Assembly: GCA_963702205.1 (NCBI GenBank)
Contig: OY969724.1
Location: forward strand, 3,840,001 to 3,904,000
Direction: 5' to 3'
From: an uncultured candidate division Zixibacteria bacterium
Lineage (GTDB): Bacteria > Zixibacteria > MSB-5A5 > GN15 > PGXB01
Length of the DNA: 64,000 nt
Below the pieces are notes generated by a model. That model made no database searches, was not told the DNA's origin, and saw only the letters and a program-made list of their open reading frames with translations. Below, piece after piece: positions 29,542-39,183 of this stretch. A program made the position numbers and the translations under genes. Position 1 is the stretch's first letter; each line of letters begins with the position of its first letter.

Positions 29542-30243
29542 ATGTCCGACAAAAAGGTCATGTTGATCACCGGCACCAGCAAAGGCATCGGGCGGTATCT
29601 GGTTGAATATTATGTCGACAAGGGCTACACCGTGGTCGGCTGCAGCCGCAGCGAAGCCGAATATAAGCTGGATGGTTACGAGCATTTCTGCCTCGACGTC
29701 GGTGACGAGACGAAGGTCGAACAGATGTTTACGCAGGTTGCCAGGAAGTACGGTCGTCTCGACGTGCTCATCAACAATGCCGGGATCGCCTCGATGAATC
29801 ATTTGCTTTTGACGCCGATGAAAACGGCGGACAAGATTTTCAGGACGAATTTCATGGCGACCTTCCTGTTCGGACGGGAAGCCGCCAAGCTTATGATGAA
29901 AAATAGGTTCGGGCGCATTATCAATTTCGCCACGGTGGCGACTCCGCTCAAGCTGGAAGGCGAAGCCATTTATGCCGCCTCAAAAGCGGCCGTGGTTTCA
30001 CTGACCGAGATAATGGCGCGGGAAATGGCCGGTTTCGGGATAACCGTCAACGCCGTCGGCCCGACACCGATCAAAACCGACCTGATCAAATCGGTTCCTG
30101 AAGAAAAAATGACTGCCCTGATAAATCGGCAGGCCATCACGCGCTACGGTGAATTCTCGGACGTGAGCAATGTCATCGACTTTTTCATACAACCCTCCAG
30201 CGATTTCATAACCGGCCAAGTTATATACCTCGGCGGTGTGTAA
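29542..30243 (+). CDS. SDR-family 3-oxoacyl-ACP reductase-like protein
   Basis: TGTSKGIG, NNAG and YAASK motifs. Confidence 0.9.
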   Translation: MSDKKVMLITGTSKGIGRYLVEYYVDKGYTVVGCSRSEAEYKLDGYEHFCLDVGDETKVEQMFTQVARKYGRLDVLINNAGIASMNHLLLTPMKTADKIFRTNFMATFLFGREAAKLMMKNRFGRIINFATVATPLKLEGEAIYAASKAAVVSLTEIMAREMAGFGITVNAVGPTPIKTDLIKSVPEEKMTALINRQAITRYGEFSDVSNVIDFFIQPSSDFITGQVIYLGGV

Positions 30244-30245
30244 TC

Positions 30246-31604
30246 ATGCCGCTGGAATTTCTTCTTGAACGTTTTCGGGAAAATCCCGAAAGCGACGCCA
30301 TCATTTGGAAAAACGATATCTACAGTTACCGATGGCTGCTGGACCGAATCGACCACTGGCGAGGTATAATATCCTCGGAAAAGATCGAGCCGGGTACGGT
30401 CGTCGTGCTCGAAGCCGACTTTTCTCCCAACGCCGTCGCCCTGTTTTTGACGCTGCTGGAAAGTAAGTGCATAGTGGTACCGCTGACCAGCCGTATCGAA
30501 ACCAAAAAGCAGGAGTTCACGGAAATCGCGCAGGGAGAAGTCTCGTTCAGGATTGACGAACAGGACCAGACTGAAATCGTACGGCTTAAAAATCAGGCTA
30601 ACCATGAATTTTATGGCCGACTCCGGAAGCTGGGCGATCCCGGACTGGTGTTGTTTTCTTCCGGATCAACGGGCAAGAACAAGGCCGCAGTCCACAATAT
30701 GGCGCGCCTGCTGGGAAAATTCATGACGCGAAGACACAACCTGCGTACTTTGACGTTTCTTCTGTTCGATCATATCGGGGGTATCGACACGATGTTGTAC
30801 TCCCTGTCCAACGCCAGCTGCATCATCACGGTATCGGACCGCGCGCCGGAAAACGTCTGCCGGACAATCGAGCGGTTCGGCGTCGAAGTCCTGCCGGTAA
30901 CGCCGACGTTCTTGAATCTCCTGATTTTAAGCCATGCCTACGAAAAGCACGATTTATCATCGCTGAAATATATTACGTACGGTACCGAAATCATGTCCGA
31001 AGTGACGTTGAAAAGAACCGCCGAAATATTTCCCGGAATTACCCTTCTGCAAAAATACGGAACGTCGGAAACCGGGACGCTTCGCTCCAAATCAAAAAGC
31101 TCCGAATCTATCTGGGTGAAAATCGGCGGCGAGGGCTATCAGACGCGCATTGTCGACGGCATTCTCCAGATCAAGGCGGAATCGGCCATGCTCGGTTACC
31201 TGAACGCCCCCAGCCCGTTCACCGATGACGGCTGGTTTGTGACCGGTGATGAGGTCGAACGCGACGGTGAGTACATCCGTTTTCTGGGACGGCGCTCGGA
31301 AATCATCAATGTCGGCGGCGAAAAAGTCTATCCCTCGCAGGTGGAAAATACGATTCAGGACGTCGACAACGTGCTTGAGGTTGTCGTCTACGGTGAAAAG
31401 AACCCGCTCATCGGCAATATAGTCTGCGCCAGAATAAGGCTGGCCGAAGAAGAGGACGAAAAGCAGGCAGCGGCAAGGATCAAGCAGTACTGCCGCGAAG
31501 TTCTGGAAAATTACATGGTGCCGGTCAAAATAGAATTCGTCCGCGATAAACAGCACAGTCAGCGGTTTAAAAAAACAAGAAAGCCTCCGGGAGATAACCG
31601 TTGA
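30246..31604 (+). CDS. AMP-binding acyl-CoA/acyl-ACP ligase
   Basis: FSSGSTGKNK, YGTSET, WFVTGD and GRRSEIINVGGEKV motifs. Confidence 0.9.
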   Translation: MPLEFLLERFRENPESDAIIWKNDIYSYRWLLDRIDHWRGIISSEKIEPGTVVVLEADFSPNAVALFLTLLESKCIVVPLTSRIETKKQEFTEIAQGEVSFRIDEQDQTEIVRLKNQANHEFYGRLRKLGDPGLVLFSSGSTGKNKAAVHNMARLLGKFMTRRHNLRTLTFLLFDHIGGIDTMLYSLSNASCIITVSDRAPENVCRTIERFGVEVLPVTPTFLNLLILSHAYEKHDLSSLKYITYGTEIMSEVTLKRTAEIFPGITLLQKYGTSETGTLRSKSKSSESIWVKIGGEGYQTRIVDGILQIKAESAMLGYLNAPSPFTDDGWFVTGDEVERDGEYIRFLGRRSEIINVGGEKVYPSQVENTIQDVDNVLEVVVYGEKNPLIGNIVCARIRLAEEEDEKQAAARIKQYCREVLENYMVPVKIEFVRDKQHSQRFKKTRKPPGDNR

Positions 31605-32626
31605 GAAAAAGGCTTTATATAGTTATCGGATGTGACACCGATCCAGACCGCGCCGGGTTCGTCGACGGCCTGCCCACCGACGGTTTCGGGTGGTCGGGGA
31701 TGCTCGACGGTATCCCGCGTGCCAAGGATCGCCTGAATAATATTACCGACAGTGAGGGCCATCCGCCGGTTTTTACATGGTGCCTGCGGGTAGATTATCA
31801 AATAAAGAAGACGTACGGTGAGTACGATTACATCCTGACCGAACACAGGAGTTTTCTGGAAGACCTGGAGCGTGCCGGTGACGAACTGGGCTGGCATCCC
31901 CATTTCTGGAGATACGACGACAACGGCAAGTATTGGTACCAGGAAGTCTTCGATACCGCCTGGCAGTTGAAAATGCTCGACGAAGCATACGCGGCCTATA
32001 CGAAGCAGTTTCCCGGAAAACCGCAGTCGGTACGTATGGGCTGGGATTTCCACAATAACGAGACATTCCAAATGCTGCAGGAACTGGGAATAAAAATAGA
32101 CTTCAGCGCCGTACCGGGTTTGAAATTCAGCCCCAAAGATCAAAACAAACGGGCGGCCAATTTTCTGGACTGGTCGCTTTCGCCCGATTTTCCGTACTAT
32201 GCCTCGCCCGACGATTACCGCAGGAACGCGGCAAAAGGCGGGCCCTCCCGAGAAATCCTCGAAGCCCCTAATTTCGTTTCCCGGTCCATTTTCTGGAGTC
32301 TTATCGGCGGTCTGGTGTACGCTAAAAAGATGAAAGACTTCGGCCCCGTTTGGCGGGCAATTAAAAGACCGACGTACTGGATTAATATCACCGGACGAAC
32401 CGGTCTGTTCTCTCCTTTGGTTTCATCGCTCAAAAGGCGACTCGCCAAACACGATAAGGCTTTTTTCGTCACCTATTTTCATCCCGATGAATTAATCGTC
32501 AATAAAAGCACGCTGTACTCTCTCGATTATATGGAAACCAATTTGAAAGCCGTTATCGGCACCGCCAAAGAGCAGGGCGCCGAAATCAAATTCATTCAGG
32601 CTTGCGAAGTATTGAAATATCTTTAA
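31601..32626 (+). CDS. Polysaccharide deacetylase-like (CE4/NodB fold) protein
   Basis: IGCDTD, ELGWHPH, RMGW and YFHPDE motifs. Confidence 0.7.
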   Translation: MRKRLYIVIGCDTDPDRAGFVDGLPTDGFGWSGMLDGIPRAKDRLNNITDSEGHPPVFTWCLRVDYQIKKTYGEYDYILTEHRSFLEDLERAGDELGWHPHFWRYDDNGKYWYQEVFDTAWQLKMLDEAYAAYTKQFPGKPQSVRMGWDFHNNETFQMLQELGIKIDFSAVPGLKFSPKDQNKRAANFLDWSLSPDFPYYASPDDYRRNAAKGGPSREILEAPNFVSRSIFWSLIGGLVYAKKMKDFGPVWRAIKRPTYWINITGRTGLFSPLVSSLKRRLAKHDKAFFVTYFHPDELIVNKSTLYSLDYMETNLKAVIGTAKEQGAEIKFIQACEVLKYL

Positions 32627-32650
32627 AGGCAATAATCCGCAAATCCGGAT

Positions 32651-32682
32651 AAAAAAAAGCAGGAGCCAAAGCTCCTTCTTTT
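32651..32682. terminator. Bidirectional terminator between convergent genes
   Basis: A8-GCAGGAGC-CAAA-GCTCCTTC-T4. Confidence 0.7.
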
Positions 32683-32700
32683 ATATTCTGCGATGATCCT

Positions 32701-35700
32701 CTAATTACAGTCGGGCAAATCATGATCCAATATAACGTAGGATATTAAATACAGGATATCCATTAAATTGATTCTGCCAGAGCAATCGATGTCGCCGGCT
32801 TCAAGGCCGCCGGGGGGTTCGGGACCACCCAAATACCTGTACAGCAACAGATATATTACGTCCTTAAGGTTTACTCTGCCGTCACCGTTGACGTCACCTC
32901 TTAAAAAGCCCGCGTGGTCATAGGGCCTGGCGCCGATATCGTTTCTGGACCCGTCCGGATCATTATATTTCGGATCGGGATCACCGGCATTGATGCACGG
33001 CGAACCGTACGTAAGCACGTATTCGTCGGAAAGATCTTCATCGAACAGCGGATCGGAAGATATGTCGTTCGCACCGGGATCGGCATACAGGTAGTCTTCA
33101 CCGTTGTCCCAGACGTCGTTGTAATCGTACGTTACATTTTCGCTTGCGCCGACGTCCTCTAGCCATTCGAAGCCACCCTCGTTGTTGCCCACAATGATAT
33201 TATTGCGGACGTCGCAATCGACGCTAGACAGGACCGTAAAACCGATGCCATTGTTGACGACGGTGTTGTTGAAGGCCTCGACTTCCACGGCATTGAAATA
33301 AATGCCGCCTTTTCTGTACGACGTATCACCGGCGATATTATTGTACACGATATTGTAAGAGACAATGGCGCCGTTGCCCTGGATCAAGGAAATACCCGGA
33401 CCATTGCCGCCGAGATTACCGTAGACTACGTTGCCAGTGACCGTCGGCTTTCCGAAACCTGTCCCCAGCCTGAGAAATATACCGGCGCCGGTAATAGGCG
33501 TGGCACAGTTTCTGACAATATTGTTGCTGACAATACAACCCGGATACCCGAGGTACATACCACCGGCATCGTAGTAGCCCTGGCAGTTTTCCACGATACA
33601 ATTATTGATGTAACCGTTATCGCCGAATCCGAAAATCCCGCGAATTTCTTTATTTCCGTCGATGCCAAAGCCGTCCAGTCCGGCTCCGGGGTTAATCATC
33701 GAAAGCATAACAACCGACGGCCACGGTTCGGGACGTTTGGACAGGTCGCCGGATTTTTTAAGGGTATCGGCCCAGTTTTTGTCGGATTTGGATATGAGTC
33801 CCAATTCGGGCGCGCGAATCAACGTCGTTTGAGGACCAGACTCCGAAACCAGGTTGATGTTCTTGCCACCGAAATTGATAAATTCACGGTACTCTCCGGA
33901 TGACACGACGATCGTATCGCCGCTGTACGCGGCGTCTATCGCAGTCTGAATGCCGGGCAAGTCGAGCGGCACCTTATAGACCTGTACCTGACGCGGTGCC
34001 ACGATTTCATAGGGATTGGCTCCCATGTCGTTGCGGCTGTCGTCGGGATCGTTGAATTCCGGATCGGGATCGCCAGTGTTTATGCAGGGCGACCCGGCTG
34101 AGAGGTAATATTTTTCGTACCAGGTTGGCTCGAATATGGGATCGGCGGAAATATCGGACATCCCCGGCGAGGCATTGACATAATTCTTCAAGCCGTTGTG
34201 CCAAACGTCGTTATAGCCATAAATAACGTCCGTATTGGCCCCGACGTCGTCCAGCAGTTCGAGACCACAGTCGAGGTTGTTGGTAACGATATTATTGCGC
34301 AAATTAACATTATAGCTGGACAGCACCGTGATACCGACCAAGTTATTGTCGATCGTATTATTGAAGGCGCTGATATTTCCAGCGTGCATGTAAAGCGCAC
34401 CGCGACGGGTTGAGCCGTACGTCGCGATATTGCCGTGAATCAGGTTGCGCTCAACCAGGACGTTGCCGCCCTCGATCAGTGAAATTCCCGGACCGTTTCC
34501 GGAGACGTTGCCGTAAATGTCGTTGCCCGATATAACCGACGTATTTTCCATATATGGCCGGGAGAAAACGCCCGCTCCGGAAATCGGTGCCCAGTTATAT
34601 CTTATTTTATTATTGGTAATGTTGGCGATGGTATGATTCAAAAACAGGCCGCCGCCGTCATAGTATCCCCAGCAAAATTCGACAGTACAATTTTTAACCG
34701 ACAATGTTATGTTCTCGGCGTGAATTCCCTGCGCCATATAATCGGACCGAATCGTGAAACCGTCGATCGTAACCGGGGTCGCATAGGATCCATAAAGCTC
34801 AATGACCGCACCGCCCGCCTGTTTGTCGGCGCCGGTTTCCCGGTCTTCATAATTCGCATCGAACCCGTCATAATCCGGGGCGTATCGTGAGCTTTTTTCC
34901 AGGGCCGGATATTTTATTATCGTTTCGTCGGCTCCCGCCTCGGATTTGATGCAAAGCCCTTTGTAGCTGGCGACGATGCTTTCTTTATAAACTCCCGGAG
35001 CGACCAAAATCGTATCGCCGCTTTGCGCGGCCTCCACGGCCTGTTGTATGGTCGGATAATCAGCCGGGACGTGGATGACCTGGGCCATCGGAGGTCCGCC
35101 GCCAGCGCCGGGGATGGCACCCATATCGTTGCGGCTGCCGTCGGGATCGTTGTACTCGGGATCGGGATCACCCGCGTCGATACACGGCGATCCTTCTCTC
35201 AGCCTGTATTCGGCCGTGAACAAAGGATCATCCGAGATCGTGCCGACGCCAAAATCGACTATCTCCTGATAATCATCCGGGTTTCCGTAGACGTCATTGT
35301 ATGACAATTCCGGAACCGGGATTGCCGGGCTGTTTATTCTATGAATTCCATAGTGCCCGTTAAAGACGATAATATTATTTTTTATTGTCGGGGCAGTGAC
35401 CGAAAAGCTCGATATACCGCCGTTGGCGCAACCGGTTATCGTGTTATTTATTATTTGAGCCGGAGAATCACCGTGCACCGCGTAACCCGGACCGCCAAGC
35501 GAAATGGCCGCCCAGTTGTAAATTGTCTGGGCCGTTAAAAGATTTCCTTTTATAATGGGACCGGCGTTCTCGCATTTGATCCCGATATGGCCGCCGGAAA
35601 GCGAGAATCCTTCGAGGCGGGCCAACCCTTGTCCAATATTCTGGAAAGTCACAAGGTCATTGAAGTCTTCACCGGTTATGATCGTTTCGAGCGGGCCGTC

Positions 35701-36729
35701 GGTCGATTGTATGATAATATTTTTGCCGTCGATGATAATCGGACCATAATACGTTCCCGGAGAAACCAATATGGTGTCATCGTCGCCGGAAAAATAGACG
35801 GCATTCGCCAGCGTCTCGAAATCGTCCGGGACATATATGGTCATCGGATCGTGGATAGTGGCATTATCGAACGGAACGGCGCCCATGTCATTGCGGGAAC
35901 CGTCGGGATCGTTGTATTCGGGATCGGGATCACCGGTATCCCGGCAAGGTGAATCGGCCGTCAGGGGCATGTCCGGATTCAATTTCGGATCGAGCGAGAT
36001 CGACCCGGTTCCGGGAGTCGCTATATTCTGGTAGTTATCCAACTGACCGTAGACGTCGTTGTACGACAAATCGAGATCGGGCACTTCGGGGCTGTTATCG
36101 CGATGAATCCCGTAATGATCGTTGAAAGAGATGATATTATTTTTTATAACGGGCGCGACGGTTGAAAAAGATGAAATCCCGCCGTTCCCGCTGTTCATAA
36201 TCGTGTTGTTTATAATAATAGCTGGAGATTTGCCGAAAGTGCCATAGCCGGCACCGCTCAGACATATTGCAGCCCAATTTCTGACATTTTGATTCAGCAA
36301 TATGTTGTGCTTAATCGTGGGTCCGGCGTCCTCGCACCAAATTGCAATATTGCCGCCTTCCAGCCTGAATCCCTCAAGGATGGCCTGCTCATTTTCGTCA
36401 TTATTGAATACAACCAGATTGGTCATGTCATCCGCCGTAATAGTAGTGGCCAGGGGACCGTCGGAAGATTTCACACAAATCAACCGGCCGCCAAAATTCA
36501 GCGATTCGCTATATTCTCCGGGAGCGACGATTACCGAATCACCATCGGATGCCGCGTCGATCGCTTCCTGAATCGAGGTATAATCGCCCGGCACATTAAT
36601 GGTTACGGCGACGGAGTTAATGAAAGCCGATTTTTCAATCGGAAATGCTGCGAATAAAGGTGGTGCGAAAAGTACGAGGCACAATAGGCCCGTAAATAAT
36701 GCGAGCGAAAGAAAACGCGCCTTATGCAT
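32701..36729 (-). CDS. Exported protein with four right-handed beta-helix modules and a dockerin-like domain
   Basis: Signal peptide; four VPxD..IQxA..VxPGxY modules, each ending SPCxxxGDPDPx(Y/F)NDPDxSRND(M/I)GA; C-terminal GDVNGDGRVNLKD. Confidence 0.88.
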   Translation of the reverse strand: MHKARFLSLALFTGLLCLVLFAPPLFAAFPIEKSAFINSVAVTINVPGDYTSIQEAIDAASDGDSVIVAPGEYSESLNFGGRLICVKSSDGPLATTITADDMTNLVVFNNDENEQAILEGFRLEGGNIAIWCEDAGPTIKHNILLNQNVRNWAAICLSGAGYGTFGKSPAIIINNTIMNSGNGGISSFSTVAPVIKNNIISFNDHYGIHRDNSPEVPDLDLSYNDVYGQLDNYQNIATPGTGSISLDPKLNPDMPLTADSPCRDTGDPDPEYNDPDGSRNDMGAVPFDNATIHDPMTIYVPDDFETLANAVYFSGDDDTILVSPGTYYGPIIIDGKNIIIQSTDGPLETIITGEDFNDLVTFQNIGQGLARLEGFSLSGGHIGIKCENAGPIIKGNLLTAQTIYNWAAISLGGPGYAVHGDSPAQIINNTITGCANGGISSFSVTAPTIKNNIIVFNGHYGIHRINSPAIPVPELSYNDVYGNPDDYQEIVDFGVGTISDDPLFTAEYRLREGSPCIDAGDPDPEYNDPDGSRNDMGAIPGAGGGPPMAQVIHVPADYPTIQQAVEAAQSGDTILVAPGVYKESIVASYKGLCIKSEAGADETIIKYPALEKSSRYAPDYDGFDANYEDRETGADKQAGGAVIELYGSYATPVTIDGFTIRSDYMAQGIHAENITLSVKNCTVEFCWGYYDGGGLFLNHTIANITNNKIRYNWAPISGAGVFSRPYMENTSVISGNDIYGNVSGNGPGISLIEGGNVLVERNLIHGNIATYGSTRRGALYMHAGNISAFNNTIDNNLVGITVLSSYNVNLRNNIVTNNLDCGLELLDDVGANTDVIYGYNDVWHNGLKNYVNASPGMSDISADPIFEPTWYEKYYLSAGSPCINTGDPDPEFNDPDDSRNDMGANPYEIVAPRQVQVYKVPLDLPGIQTAIDAAYSGDTIVVSSGEYREFINFGGKNINLVSESGPQTTLIRAPELGLISKSDKNWADTLKKSGDLSKRPEPWPSVVMLSMINPGAGLDGFGIDGNKEIRGIFGFGDNGYINNCIVENCQGYYDAGGMYLGYPGCIVSNNIVRNCATPITGAGIFLRLGTGFGKPTVTGNVVYGNLGGNGPGISLIQGNGAIVSYNIVYNNIAGDTSYRKGGIYFNAVEVEAFNNTVVNNGIGFTVLSSVDCDVRNNIIVGNNEGGFEWLEDVGASENVTYDYNDVWDNGEDYLYADPGANDISSDPLFDEDLSDEYVLTYGSPCINAGDPDPKYNDPDGSRNDIGARPYDHAGFLRGDVNGDGRVNLKDVIYLLLYRYLGGPEPPGGLEAGDIDCSGRINLMDILYLISYVILDHDLPDCN

Positions 36730-37000
36730 GAACTAGCCTCCCGGAATAATTTTTGTGACTATTTTTGTCAGGATTTATGAATATTTTATTTGAAATTAAT
36801 ATATTAGAGAGCGCGACTTTTGTCAACCCAAAACACGGTCGGACAAAGCCAAATTCGCGAATAACTCAATATATTTCATAATATTATGATGTTAAGAATG
36901 GACATAAATAGCAGATTTGCAGCAAATTCATCTTTTTGGGCCGGGAAAATCAGGATTGATATTGTCGCGTATGAAGAGAAATCGGTAATTAATGTGATCG

Positions 37001-38857
37001 TTATTTTTCCCGCTGCCCCAAGGCACTTTCGGCTTCACCGATGGCCACGGCGGCCGAGATCATCGATAAATGTGACAGCCCCTGCGGAAAATTACCGAGC
37101 ATGATGCGGTCTTCGGAATCGAACTCTTCGGAGAAGAGGTTCAGATCGTTGGCGGTGGCGCAGCCGGTTTCGAACACCCGCCGCGCGTCATCCAGACGGT
37201 ACTGCCGCGCCAGCACCTCGGCCAGCCAGAAAATGCAGCACAGGAAACTCCCCTCGTGTCCGTCCAAACCGTCCACGTCGTCGGGATAGCGCATGATGAG
37301 CCCGTCGCGATCGAGTTCTTGTCTGATTTTGTCGGTAGTACGAATCATGCGTTCGTCGTCGTACGCCAAATATCCGAATATCGGCAGCAACAGAAGCGAT
37401 GCATCCATGTGCGGATAACCGAAGGCCTGCACGTAGACACCGCGTTCTTTGTCATAGCCTTGTTCGTCGATTAAAGTACGGACGGCGTCGCGTTCCGCTT
37501 CCCATTTTTCGAGCGGGGCGTCGCGGCCGGTCTCGCGGGCCAGACGAATCCCCCGGTCGAGGGCTGTCCAGCACATCGCTTTGGAGTGGACATAATGGCG
37601 CGGTTCACCGCGCACTTCCCAGATGCCGTGATCGGGTATGCGCCAGATTTCGATGGTACGGTTTATCAGTTGCACGATAAAAGCCCAGTAATCGTCGTCG
37701 GGCGAATTTCCCCAGAGGTGCCAGGTGTACGCCAGGTGCAGAAGCTCACCGAAAACGTCGTGCTGCATCTGCCGGGCCGCGGCGTTGCCGACCCGCACCG
37801 GGGCCGAACCGCGATAGCCCTCGAGCTCGGTTATTTCGTGCTCGGGCAAATACCTCTCCCCGCCCACGCCGAACAGGACCTGTATCTCCTCGGCGGCACC
37901 GGCGGCGGTCCGTTCGATGAAATGCCGAAAACGGTCGGCTTCCTGCCTGAATCCGAGAATCGCCAGTGAGCGCACGGTAAAAACCGAGTCGCGCACCCAC
38001 GAAAACCGGTAGTCCCAGTTTCTGGCCCCGCCTATCCGCTCGGGCAGCGACGTGGTCGCCGCCGCCGCGATGGCGCCGGTAGAAGCGTTTGTCAGGCCCT
38101 TCAGCACGAGAGCCGACAATTGTACCTTGTCCTTGTACGGGCCTTCGTAATCGACCTGGGACGACCAACCGTGCCACCAGTCAACCGTTTGTTTAAAACG
38201 CCGTTCGATCTCGGCTGTGTTCGGAGCTTCGATAGTACCACCGTCGAGTTCGTGCGGCCGGCGATAAATGATCGACAGGTACTTCCTCTGGCCCTCTTTT
38301 ATCGTGAACGACCCGAAACAGCCTTCGCCGCCTGAAATTTCCAGTTCGAGATCACCCGAAACCAACAGCCCCTGATGCCCGCCGGTAGCCGTGATGTTCA
38401 CGCCTTGGTTGCAGCGCCGGAACCACGGTTTCAAAAGACCATAATCGAAACGCGGCGCAAAAGCTACGGTCATCGGGACTTCGCCTTTTACACCTTCGAC
38501 GATTCTAATGATCTGGTTTAGGGGATTTTCGCGACCTCCGGCCCGCATGGCAAAGCAGTCATAAAGTTTTACTTCACCGTCTTCTGTCTTAAACACGGTT
38601 TCCAGAATAAGAGCATTGTCGTAATATCGCCGCGAGCTTTCATAAATATCGATGTCAGGATATATGCTGCAGTACCCGCCTTTGTCCCAATCGAGAATAC
38701 GCCCGAAGACGCTGTTGGCGTCGATCCTCGGCATGGCACACCAGTCAATGGAGCCGGAGACGGAAACGAGGGCCATCGAGTGGCAATCGGATATAAAACC
38801 GTAATCCGCGATCGGCGGATAACGGTCTTCTGATGATTTTGAATTATCTTGTTTCAA
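37001..38857 (-). CDS. Glycoside hydrolase family 15 (trehalase/glucoamylase-like)
   Basis: AATTSLPE, RNWDYRFSWVRD, GIWEVR, LFSEE and GNFPQGLSH motifs. Confidence 0.93.
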   Translation of the reverse strand: MKQDNSKSSEDRYPPIADYGFISDCHSMALVSVSGSIDWCAMPRIDANSVFGRILDWDKGGYCSIYPDIDIYESSRRYYDNALILETVFKTEDGEVKLYDCFAMRAGGRENPLNQIIRIVEGVKGEVPMTVAFAPRFDYGLLKPWFRRCNQGVNITATGGHQGLLVSGDLELEISGGEGCFGSFTIKEGQRKYLSIIYRRPHELDGGTIEAPNTAEIERRFKQTVDWWHGWSSQVDYEGPYKDKVQLSALVLKGLTNASTGAIAAAATTSLPERIGGARNWDYRFSWVRDSVFTVRSLAILGFRQEADRFRHFIERTAAGAAEEIQVLFGVGGERYLPEHEITELEGYRGSAPVRVGNAAARQMQHDVFGELLHLAYTWHLWGNSPDDDYWAFIVQLINRTIEIWRIPDHGIWEVRGEPRHYVHSKAMCWTALDRGIRLARETGRDAPLEKWEAERDAVRTLIDEQGYDKERGVYVQAFGYPHMDASLLLLPIFGYLAYDDERMIRTTDKIRQELDRDGLIMRYPDDVDGLDGHEGSFLCCIFWLAEVLARQYRLDDARRVFETGCATANDLNLFSEEFDSEDRIMLGNFPQGLSHLSMISAAVAIGEAESALGQREK

Positions 38858-39183
38858 AGTTTCTCTTTCCCTCTAAACAAGGCCGAAGGGCAATTGTTTC
38901 GTGGCCGGTAAAATACAGATGGGCCCGTTGGTTTTAAGTTCAGTCAAATAATAAATCGCGGCCGGAGCAAAATACCGCCTATTAAGCGTCCCGCTTTTGC
39001 GTTAAACATTAAAGAATCACCGGCTGCCGTCAACGGTAACCCGTGGCCTCGCCGGACGATGAAAGGCGACACAACAGAAGGCGCTATATGGAACTTCGTA
39101 TGGACATATTCACTATAATTTACTAATATGGGTCCATGGTTAGACATACGGCAAACCCATAAATCCAATCCGGCAGAGGTGAC

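Noticed and set aside
38860..39183. Riboswitch upstream of the RND operon (GGCAAACC seen near 39150)
   Set aside because: The rest of the c-di-GMP-I consensus is absent; only a weak dyad is present.
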